From NCBI GenBank assembly GCA_036785375.1, contig JAWMAR010000006.1:3472001-3536000 (forward strand): DNA of 64,000 bases, written 5' to 3'. Shown piece after piece: positions 51,860 through 62,449 of this stretch. A model generated the notes under the pieces. It had not been told where the DNA came from, did not search any database, and saw nothing but the letters and a program-made list of their open reading frames with translations. The DNA is from Leucoraja ocellata. Taxonomy: Eukaryota. Made by a program: the position numbers and the translations under genes. The first letter of the stretch is position 1, and each line of letters opens with the position of its first letter.

Positions 51860-52490
51860 AACAAAAGGTTGAGCGAGGAGCTGTGCAGCAACTGAAGGCT
51901 GCGGAGGGCGGTGACGAGAGGCTGGGGGTGCGGGGGACCGGGGTGAGGAGGGCAAGAGTGGGGCTGGGGCGGGAGAGGGACCGGGGCAAGCGGGACCATG
52001 GATGGAGCAGGAGGGCGAGGCTGGGGCGGGAGAGGGGCTGACGGTGGCAAGAGCGGGAGAGGGCGAGTGAGGGGCTGGGGAGGGAGGGAGCATAGTCCGG
52101 GACCAGGGATCAAGAGCGGGGCTGGGACGGGAGAGGGAGCGGGGCTGGGCGGTGACCCAGCGGCTTCTGAGCACCGCAACCCCCGCAACAATAGGGGCTG
52201 GGTGGGGGCGGCGATGGGGGACCACCGCCCGGCTGCGACTCACCACGACCGCGGTGACGGGCTGCCCGGCCACGAACGCCATCGTGGAGCGGCCGCCGTG
52301 TCGCGCGGGCGCCGGTTGCTCCGGGTCACGGCCGTGACCTCGTGACCCCTCAGCCGCCTCCCTCTCGTCAGAGCCGCGCCCTCGCGGTGGGCGGGGCCTG
52401 CGTCGGCCCGTCCCCTGATGGACAGGCGAGTGCCCGCCCACTCGCCCAGGGCGGGGTCGGGGCGGCCTCGCGCTGCCCGGACCAGGTGAA
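51860..52490. promoter_or_regulatory. CpG island: TAX1BP3 promoter, probably bidirectional
   Basis: GC/CpG-rich with multiple GGGCGGGG boxes, surrounding exon 1. Plus-strand donor-like ccag|gtgaag at ~52485. Confidence 0.75.
52244..52282 (-). CDS. TAX1BP3: TAX1BP3 exon 1
   Basis: acgATG GCG TTC...GTC GTG|gtgagt encodes MAFVAGQPVTAVV (human MSYIPGQPVTAVV). Confidence 0.95.
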
Positions 52491-52679
52491 GAGATGCAAA
52501 ATGCTGCAGTAAACTTAGTGGGTCAAACAGATCATAAGTGATAGGAGCAAATTAGGACATTCGGCCCGTCAAGTCAACTCCGCCATTCAATCATGGATGA
52601 GCAATCTCTCCCTCCCTCTAACCCCATTCTCCTGCCTTCTTCTCCCCTCCCATAACCTCTGAAACCCGTATTAATCAAG

Positions 52680-53410
52680 CAAGTTTATTCATATAGCACA
52701 TTTCAGCAACAAGGCAATTCAAAGGGCTTTACACAAAGCATTAAAAAGCTATCAAAAGCAATTAAAAAGTCATGAAAAAGAATAGAAAATAAAAACAAGC
52801 TAAAATAGAATAAGACAAGTATAAAATACAAGAATAAAAATTACAGTGCAGTGTTAGAAATGAATAATTATTGAATTTAATTAAAATTAAAAGTAATTAA
52901 AAGCAGCGTCAAACAGAAAAGTCTTCAGCCCCGATTTAAAAGAACTGAGAGTTGGGCGGACCTGCATTTTTCTGGAAGTTTGTTCCATATATGTGGTGCA
53001 TAAAAGCTAAACGCTGCTTCTCCGTGTTTAGTTCTGACTCTGAGGACAGAAAGCAGACCTGTCCCAGGCCACCTCAGGTCTGAATGGTTCATAATGTAGC
53101 AGAAGATCAGAAATGTATTTTGGCAATTCAATGCTTTATAAACCAACAGTAATATTTTGAAATCAGTTCTTTGACAGACTGGAAGCCAGTGTAAAGACCT
53201 AAAAACTGGAGTGATGTGATCCACTTTCTTGTTCTTAGAGAGGACTCCAGCAGCAGCGTTCTGAATCAGCTGCAGCTGTCTAATCGATTTTTTAGGGAGA
53301 CCTGTAAAGACAGCATTACAGTAGTCAAGTCTACTGAAGATAAATGCATGGACAAGTTTTTCCAAATCCTACTGAACCATGTTCTTTAACCCTTGATATA
53401 TCCTTAAAGT
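52680..53410 (-). mobile_element. L2-clade LINE 3' fragment nested in a CR1 tail
   Basis: ORF 52925-53365: EKLVHAFIFSRLDYCNAVFTGLP...LQLIQNAAA...HITPV..SLHWLPV..R.DFKILLLVYKAL. Confidence 0.88.
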
Positions 53411-54002
53411 TTTCAGTAAGAATCGATAGTCAAGAATCCATCTATCTCTGCCTCAAATATATCCATCTCTGGAGAGACCTTTTATCAGACTCACTTCCCC
53501 CCCCCCCCTTCCCATACCTCTAGTTTTCCCTTCCTGACTCTCGGTGTGATGAAGAGTCTTGACCCAAAACATCACCTATTTATTTTCTCCAGACCTGCTG
53601 AGTTATACCAGGATTTTGTGGCTATGTTCTTGTTTTGGAAACCAGAATCGTCAGTTTCCTCTTCTATCTGTCATTATAACATATATCACTGTTTAACTTT
53701 GAGTATATAACAGTTGAGAACAGGTATGTCAGTACTGATGGGAACAATACTCTCATAAATCACCTGAATACAGTACTGGTGGTAGCAGGGATAAAGGCGT
53801 AGACTATTTTCCGAATGGGGAGAGAATCCAGAAATCAGAGGTGCAAAGTGCTGGTAAAGGATTCCCAAAAAGTTAATCTGCAACTTGAATCGGTAGTAAA
53901 GAAGACAAATGCAATGCTAGCATACAGCGAGGGCTAGAATACAAAAACAGGGATGTAATGCTGAGCCTACAAAAGATGATGGTCAGGCCGCATTTGGAGT
54001 AT

Positions 54003-54488
54003 AGGGTGATTTCATGAAAGGTCACTGGAGCGCAGATCCACACCCACGTGACGGAAAATCTGAAGTGGAGGACATGCTACACATCCGGTACATGTTAGTG
54101 AATGGGAAAACACGCACTTTCACACCCGTTAAAAACATCGAAAACGGACAGTTTTTGAGCTGCAATTTACTGTGCCAGTCGGGGTGACCGTGAGGCACAG
54201 CTACCTACATTTACAGTCCAAAAAAAAGATAGAAACTAAGGTAAATTCAAGAGGGAGCTGAAGGTGCAAATCCAGCGGAAATGCTTATCGGACATTTGCC
54301 GTGGAGATTTAAAGATCCAAAATATCAGGAATTATCGCGTTTGCTCGCTGCATTTCATCAATAAATAAAAAAGTCAATAATGCCTTACTTTTGATGTATG
54401 TACCGGATGTATAGCATGTCCTCCACTTCAGATTTTCGGTCACGTGGGTGCGGATCTACGCTCCAGTGACCTTTCGTGAAATCACCCT
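54003..54488 (+). mobile_element. THAP-carrying MITE-like element with ~90-bp TIRs and AT TSD (ISL2EU-like)
   Basis: AT|AGGGTGATTTCATGAAAGGTCACTGGAGCG... and ...CGCTCCAGTGACCTTTCGTGAAATCACCCT|AT. The interior has a degenerate THAP exon (..NYRVCSLHFI). Confidence 0.85.
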
Positions 54489-54635
54489 ATAGAAAGTGTA
54501 GAGGTTACTTAAAATATTTTATATGTAGGTTAAAGTTCTCCATGTTTATTCTATTATTGTTGTTACTTTCAATATAATTATCTGATTTATACTGTGTTGT
54601 TACCATTTATAGTATGGACACCTGTATGTAACTGT

Positions 54636-56444
54636 TCAAGAAGGAACTGCAGATGCTGGAAAATCGAAGGTACACAAAATTGCTGGAGAAACTCAGCAGG
54701 TGCAGCAGCATCTATGGAGCGAAGGAAATAGACGATGTTTCGGGCCAAAACCCTTCTTCAGACTGATGGGGGGTGGGGGGGGGGGGGGGGGTGGGGGGGA
54801 GAAGGAAGGAAAAGGGGAGGAGGAGGAGCCCGAGGGCGGGCGGATAGGAGGGTGGGAGGAGACAGCTAGAGGGTTAAGGAAGGGGAGGAGACAACAAGGG
54901 CTAGCAAAATTGGTTGAATTCAATGTTAATGCCATCCGGACACAAGGTCCCCAGGCGGAATATGAGGTGCTGTTCCTCCAATTTCCGCTGTTGCTCACTC
55001 TGGCAATGGAGGAGACCCAGGACAGAGAGGTCGGATTGGGAATGGGAGGGGGAGTTGAAGTGCTGAGCCACCGGGAGGTCAGGTTGGTTATTGTTCAACG
55101 TAGGGATTGTTTACGTTGAACATTCCCTGTTCAATACGTACCAGGGCCCCATCCCCGACCTCTATCTCCGTTACATTGACGACTGCTTTGGGGCCACCTC
55201 CTGCACCTACACACAACTGACTGACTTCATCCACTTCACCACCAACTTCCACCCGGCACTCCAATACACCTGGACCATTTCCGACACTTCCCTACTATTC
55301 CTTGACCTCACCATCTCCATCGCAGGGGACAGACTCCTGACCGACATACATTACAAACCCACTGACTCACATGGCTATCTGGACTACATGTCTTCCCACC
55401 CTGCCCCCTGTAAAGACTCCATCCCCTACTCCCAATTCCTCCGCCTACGCCACATCTGTTCCCAGGATGAGACATTCCATACCAGGGCATCAGAAATGTC
55501 CTCGTTCTTCAGGGAACGGGGATTCCCCTCCGCCACCATAGATGAAGCTCACAACAGGGTCTCATCCATACCCCGTAACACTGCTCTCTCTCCCCATCCC
55601 CGCACTCGCAACAAGGGCAGAGTCCCTCTGGTCCTCACCTTTCACCCCACCACCCGGCAAATACAACACATAATCCTCCGCCATTTCCGCCACCTCCAAT
55701 GTGACCCCACCACTCGCCACATCTTCCCATCTCCTCCCATGTCTGCCTTCCGCAAAGACCGCTCCCTCCGCAACTCCCTTGTCAATTCTTCCCTCCCGCA
55801 CCACCCGCTCCCCGGGTACTTTCCGTTGCAACCGCAAGAAATGCAACACCTGTCCCTTCACCTCCCCCCTCAACTCCATTCAAGGACCCAAGCAATTGTT
55901 CCAGGTGCGACAAAGGTTCAGCTGCATCTCCTCCAACCTCATCTACTGCATCCTCTGCTCTAGGTTTCAGCTGATTTACATCGGGGAGACTAAGCGTAGG
56001 TTGGACGATCGTTTCGCCGAACACCTCCGCTCAGTCCGCAATAACCAACCTGACCTCCCGGTAGCTCAGCACTTCAACTCCCCCTCCCATTCCCAATCCG
56101 ACCTCTCTGTCCTGGGTCTCCTCCATTGCCAGAGTGAGCAACAGCGGAAATTGGAGGAACAGCACCTCATATTCCGCCTGGGGACCTTGCGTCCGGATGG
56201 CATTAACATTGAATTCTCCCAATTTTGCTAGCCCTTGTTGTCTCCTCCCCTTCCTTAACCCTCTAGCTGTCTCCTCCCACCCTCCTATCCGCCCGCCCTC
56301 GGGCTCCTCCTCCTCCCCTTTTCCTTCCTTCTCCCCCCACACCCCCCCATCAGTCTGAAGAAGGGTTTCGGTCCGAAACGTCGCCTATTTCCTTCGCTCC
56401 ATAGATGCTGCTGCACCCGCTGAGTTTCTCCATCAATTTTGTGT
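54636..56444 (+). mobile_element. Penelope-like element with an inverted copy of its own 3' end at the 5' side
   Basis: ORF 55091-55963 has RT YLRYIDDCF...FLD...KPTD, and 55701-56231 has GIY-YIG. 54636-55097 is the reverse complement of ~56035-56444. Flanked by the direct repeat ACCTGTATGTAACTGT (54620-54635, 56445-56460). Confidence 0.92.
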
Positions 56445-56759
56445 ACCTGTATGTAACTGTCACTGTTGTCTTCTGCCCCCTGCTGTTTCTTAGCTCGACC
56501 TCAAATGAATCTATTCCATGTTTTCTGAAGTAAAACCCATCCTCTCTATCTTATTCTATAAAATCATCTTTTGCAATGTACCTCCCTCCTGGAATATGGA
56601 ATATTTGATATGCCAACGTTAATCACTTTACAACCACAGTGCTTTAATGTCTAAAAGATTTTACTAATTTATTGATAAGGAATGTTGAAGATTTTATGAA
56701 AAGATAAAAAGGAAATATATGACCGGTAATGGGAACTGGACACTGAAGAATCTCTTGAT

Positions 56760-57060
56760 TATCCCATGCCAATGCCAAGATGCTATTGGACGATGCTGCT
56801 CTGGTCATCAACTCTCCTGAGACAGCAGACCCTGATGACTTGTTCATCATCGACAGCGACTTGAATCAAGCCGACTTCAGGAATGTCCTCCCCAATTATT
56901 ATCAGCAATGTCTTCTGCCACTCGCAGGCTATTTGTACCCTTGACCACTGCTACATCATCATAAAGTACGCAAATCGCTCCATTCCTCACCCACATTCTG
57001 GACAGTCTGATCACCTGCCAGTGCTGCTCCTGCCAGCTTACAAACATAGACTGAAATGTA
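56760..57060 (+). mobile_element. Old Rex1/Babar-type LINE AP-endonuclease fragment
   Basis: Translates to PDDLFII.SDLNQAD..VLPNYYQ...TLDHCY...PH.GQSDHL.VLLLPAYK.RLK. Confidence 0.7.
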
Positions 57061-57064
57061 ATAT

Positions 57065-57600
57065 AGGGTGATTTCACGAAAGGTCACTGGATCATAGATC
57101 CTCACCCACGTGGACGCAGAATTTAACTGGGGTACAAACGTCACTTCCGGTACATGTTATTGATGCTGGAAACGCGAACTTTCACACCCGTTAAAAAACC
57201 GCGAAAACGGTCCGTTTTTGAGCTGTAAATTACTATGCCAGTCGGGTGTGACCGTGAGGCACAGTTGTCTTACTTTAGAGTCCAGAAGATAAAGAAAAAC
57301 AAAGGTAAAGACAAGAGGGAGCTGAAGGGGCAACAACAGCGGAAGTTGTTAGCGGACATTCGCCGTGGAGATATAAAGATAGAAAATATCGGGAATTATC
57401 GCGTTTGCTCACTGCATTTCATCAAAAGTAAGGCATTATGTTTATCTTTATTAATTTGTTATATAAAAATTTTTAAAAGTGAAAAATCCATCATTAAAAT
57501 TGCAAAATCTTCCATAGTTCTCAGGTGGGTTTTAACATGCAAAACGAAAATGCTTCTGAAGCTACATTTGCCATTTAAAAAATTGTAAACCATAAATGCA
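57065..57600 (+). mobile_element. Fourth THAP-carrying element copy (left TIR plus THAP exon; right end not found)
   Basis: AT|AGGGTGATTTCACGAAAGGTCACTGG. ORF 57235-57588 contains IENIGNYRVCSLHFIK, followed by gtaagg. Confidence 0.75.
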
Positions 57601-58745
57601 TTTTGAAATGAATTTTACTCAGATGCAAGCTGAGGAATGGGATAATTGTCAGCTGTTAATTGGACAAAATTAGGACATTTTATTATTATTATCCAATTAA
57701 CAGCTGACAATTATCCCATTTTATATTATGATTCAAAGTGACTTAGTTCCTCACAAAACAGATCCAGAAAATCATATAGTTATGCATGTCATCGTTTGAT
57801 GAGATCTAACTAACCACATATGTAGGTGTCTCTGCTTTGAAAGATATAACCAACTTCAATAGTTCCACAGGTCTGTTCCAACAGCAAACCTGTGACTAAA
57901 CAAAGAAATGCCACGCAACCTTGCTGTGGCAGAAATACATAAAAATGCATTACGGTAAACCAGCAAGGATTAATATTTAATGGATAAATAGATAGTTTGA
58001 CAACAAATGTTTAATCCTTTAAGAACAAAAAGTCTGCAATAAGAAAAGTGGTCCTACCACAGGCTATAAAGAGAAATGAAAGATATACTAGGTCAAAGGA
58101 AAATACTTAAATTGTGCAAAAATGAACAGCAAGTCTAAGAATTCAGAACGTTTCAAACTTTTACAAGATCGAGTAATAGAGCAAGGATAGAGAAAGTAGA
58201 AGGGTGCTGTCTGTACATTGTTTGTACGTTCACCCCGTGACCTGCGTGGGTTTTCTCTGAGATCTCCGGTTTCCTCCCACACTGCAAAGATGTACAGGTT
58301 TGTAGGTTAATTGACTTGGTGTAAAATGTTTAAAAAAATTGTCCCTAGCGGGTGTCAGATAGTGTTAGTATGCGGGGATCGCTGGTCGGCGCGGACTCGG
58401 TGAGCCGAAGGGCCTGTTACCGCGCTGTATTTCTAAACTAAACTAAATTACACTAAATGTGAATGCAATTTAGCAAGATGCAAGGATGGACTGTACAGGT
58501 TGCTGTAGATATAACAGGAAACAATTAGTGCCAATGGGACTAAAATTGGTGGTACAGTTGACAATTAACATTATTACAGCAGAATTTTGAACAGTTGGGC
58601 CAAATGGCTGAGGAATGGCAAATGGTTTAATTCAGCTAAATGGATGAGGTTGCATTTTGATAGGACAAAGTAGGGCAAGACTTACACAGTAAATGGTAGA
58701 GCAGTAAGGAGTATTGTGGAACAGAGACCAAGGGATGTAGGTACA

Positions 58746-59233
58746 TGTAGTGACCATTTGGCTTGTTTTGTGTATCATTCATGATGCTGCGTATTAAATT
58801 TTAGACTGCCCGTTATTATGTGGTGGGATTTATGACGTATTTTAGGGCATGTTTGGAGCTAAGTTTATTGCACAGACGCTTCGTTTTTGGTTTTCTTTTT
58901 GGACCACCTTCCTCCACTCGTGCACTTTAATCTTCATCGAACCCCATATTGCTTAAAGAAGAGTTTTCTAACATTTAAAGCAATATGCTGGAGTTCGATG
59001 AAGATTAAAGTGCACGAGTTGGAGGAAGGTTGGATCTGTACCTCATTGTTTTTCCATCAACAATAAAGAATCTTTTATCAAAAGACTGTAGTATGAAGAT
59101 TTATCTGTGAAGAAGCTCTGAAGGTCTCTGAAGGAGAGCTCTCATGCATACAACGAGATTCTCCTTAATCGTGCAGTCCACTTAGCGGCTAGAGGGGGTA
59201 ATCTCTTGAACGATATAAAAATCTGCCGCTACA
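58746..59233 (+). mobile_element. Probable solo LTR (488 bp)
   Basis: TGTAG...CTACA termini, 5-bp TSD GTACA (58741-58745, 59234-59238) and an internal AATAAA at ~59063. Interrupts an old CR1. Confidence 0.7.
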
Positions 59234-60231
59234 GTACATAATCCTTGAAAGTGGTGATTAATGTAGATAGGGTATTGAGTACATGTTAGGATGTCATGTT
59301 CGAGCGGTACAAAACTTTGGTAAGGCCACATTTGGAATATTTGTACACTTCTGGTCCACCTAGTATAAGGAGGATGTCATTGAATTGGAAAAGGTTCAAT
59401 AATGATTCGAGGATGTGGCTGAGACTGGAGGATTTTGAAGGAGAGGCTGGATAAGCTAGGACTATTTTTTCCACTGGAGCATAAAGGCTTATAAAAACAC
59501 TAGGGGCATAGATAAGGTGAATAGCTACAGACGTTTCCGCAAGGTGGGGGGAATTTAAACAAAGGACATTGGTTTAATTGTGATGCCTAAATTTACCTCC
59601 AAGGAGATTTGGGAGTGTGAACATTCAACATGTAAGGTTCATTCCTTTATCATGTTTATGAAACACACAGGCCACAGTGCCCTGCCCAATGCCAACCTCT
59701 TCCACATGGAATATATATCACGACACAACCTTTATTCAAGCACTGAGCCAGACCCACAGCCCGAGTCACATTCCCCAATTATATAACCATGGCCCATAGA
59801 TACCAGTTTTTGTGGTTAAAAATAGAACGTACCCATCTTGATCTTTTGTGAACTTGAATAAAAGTTAATACTGGCATCATCATTCCATGTATGAAGAGGA
59901 GTATCTCGATAGTTATCGTGCTTCTTTATCAATAACGTATTAGCAACCAGGTACTAGTGTTCCAAACTATATTTATAATTTATATTTACAATTTTATAAT
60001 TAAACCAAGTGGGTTAAAATAAAAACTTGCCCAAACATTGTATTCCTCTTTTGTGTGTTTGGGAAAATATTGTGTTCCTCCCCCCTATGATCAGTCTGAA
60101 GTAGGGTCCCCTCAAGAAAAGTCATCTACCCTTTTTCTTCCAGAGTTGCTGCCTGACCTGCTGAATCACTCCAGCATTTTGTGTCTACCTTTCATATAAA
60201 ACACCATCTGCAGTGCATTTCTATTTAATTA

Positions 60232-60332
60232 CTAGACTAAGTGGGACCCGTTGGGTCCCAGCATCACGCGGGAGGGTTGGTCCCCCAATGCAATATTCCA
60301 CCTCTCCACCAATTCCAATATTGGTGGCGTAA

Positions 60333-60364
<32 letters not shown>

Positions 60365-61543
60365 GCGCTAGTATGGGTGTTGTGGGCTAAAGGACTGGTT
60401 TCCAGGGGCTAGTATGGACAATGTAGGCCGAATGGATTCTTGGGCTGGCGGCTCAGCTCATTCAAGCCTGTTGTGCTGGCAGCTCACTCACTCACGGCTG
60501 GTGGGCCTGTAGTTGACTCGCGGCTATTCTTGGAAATTCCATTTCAAGCAGGGTGCAAGTCCACCAAATTCAAGTGCAGTTTCTTACCACTTCAAGCAGG
60601 GTGCAAGGCCACCAATTCACGTGCAGTTTCAAACCATTTCAAGCAGGGTGCAAGACACTAAGACAGCGAGTCGTGACCCTCTCCTCCTCCATCTTGCAGA
60701 GATTGAGCCACGCCCACACTTCTGGGTTTTATAGTCCCTCCCCCTCCCACCAGAAGGGGCGTGGCCTTCATGGCATGATTGACAGGAGAGAGTATCTCAA
60801 CATTTTTTAAACACTAATAACTCTTTTATATTTCATCAATGGGAAAAATCCTCAGCACCTGATGAGCAGAGGGGGACTCCGAGTAAGATGGCCAAAATCA
60901 CAGCCATACGTGGTAGCGTTTTATTTCTAAAATCAATATGAAGTACAAACAGGAAGTGACATTTAATTATATAGAATACAAGGCAACTTTAATTGGGCAA
61001 GGCAACTTTAATTAGGCAAGGCAACTTTATTAGGCAACACAGCTTTCGCATTTTCCAAACCAAAGGCAACACAGCTTTAGCATTTCCAAACCAAAGGCAA
61101 ACAGCTTTAGCATTTCCAAACCAAAGGCAACACAGCTTTAGTATTTCCAAACTATATTTTCAAACCACATTAAGGGCACTGACAGGTCAGTAAAACACTC
61201 AGAATTTAGTAGACATGTGTTCAGTGGTATTCACAGCTCAGACTGAGAGACATGACCCTCTCGCTCCCCCCATCTTGCAGAGACTGACTGAGGCACTCAA
61301 GACTTCCAGGTTTTACAGTTACTCCGGAAGGGGCATGGACTTCAGGAGAGAGAATCTCAACATTTTTTAACACAAATTACTCTTTTATTTTTCATAGATG
61401 GGAAAAATCCTCTTGTCCTGCACAGCGGAGGGAGACTCTGAGTAAGATGGCCAAAAATCACAGCCGTAAGTGGCAGCGTTTAAAAAAAAATCAATATACA
61501 GAACAACAGGAATGGTCAAAGATCAGACTTTTAGTAATATAGA
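60232..61543 (-). mobile_element. Non-autonomous Helitron (composite)
   Basis: On the minus strand: A|TCTATATTACTAAAAG...GGGACCCAACGGGTCCC hairpin, ACTTAGT, CTAG|T. These are canonical TC/CTAG ends in an AT target with no TSD. Confidence 0.85.
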
Positions 61544-62029
61544 TATTAAATATTGCTTTACACTTTTTGTACCTTCTCCAATGCTTCTTATCTTTTCATT
61601 TTGTTAGTTGATCAATTGAAGTGCAATCTTCACGAATTGAAGGAGTTGTATAAAACCTGTGTATGAAAGAAATTAAGGTAGAGAGGCTGTTGGACTGGAG
61701 CAACCCCACCTCTGAGCCACAAAGACCAGTGGCACGATGAAGTGTTACAACTGATAACTTATTTGGCTGTAGGTGGATGGCAAGTCTTCTGCTCAGTCAA
61801 ACCCCACGCACTCCACCATACAATGCCCAGTCTGCAATCCTAGTTGTTGAACCACTCTGTTGATTTCCTCCGCCTGTTCAACCAGAATAGTCTTTGCAAA
61901 TTATGGTGAACCTCCCAACTTTACTGTGGGTTTGAGACTCATCAACTAACCTCATCTGGTTTAGCCGGCCTGTCAAAACCGTTGGAGATGTGACAGGTTC
62001 AGCAGCTTCATGTGGGCAGGACTAGAGGG

Positions 62030-62449
62030 TGTGTGCTAGAGGGAGAGGTTGAGTAGGCTGGTTCTCTATTCCATGGAACACAGGAGGATGAGGGGCGATC
62101 TTATAGAGGTGTACAAAATCATGAGAGGAATAGATCGGGTAGTGCCACAGAGTCTCTTGCCCAGAGTATGGGAATTGAGGACCAGAGGACATATGTTCAA
62201 GGGGAAAAGATTTAATAGGAATCCAAGGGGTAACGTTTTCACACAAAGGGTGGTGGGTGTATGGAACAAGCTGCCAACGGAGATAGTTGAGGTGGGACTA
62301 TCCCATAATTTTAGAAACAGTTAGAGAGGTACATGGATAGGACAGGTTTTGGAGGGATATGGACCTAGCATAGGCAAGGTGAGACTAGTGTAGCTGGGAC
62401 ATTGTTGGCCGCTGTGGGCAAGATGGGCCGAAGGGCCTGTTTCACACTG
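62030..62449 (+). mobile_element. CR1-type LINE 3' fragment
   Basis: ORF 62049-62324: LYSMEHRRMRGDLIEVYKIMRG...FTQRVVGVWNKLP. Confidence 0.85.

Noticed and set aside
51797-52441. 214-aa Pro/Ser-rich ORF
   Set aside because: Stop-poor CpG island. Only the 13 codons of TAX1BP3 exon 1 are supported.
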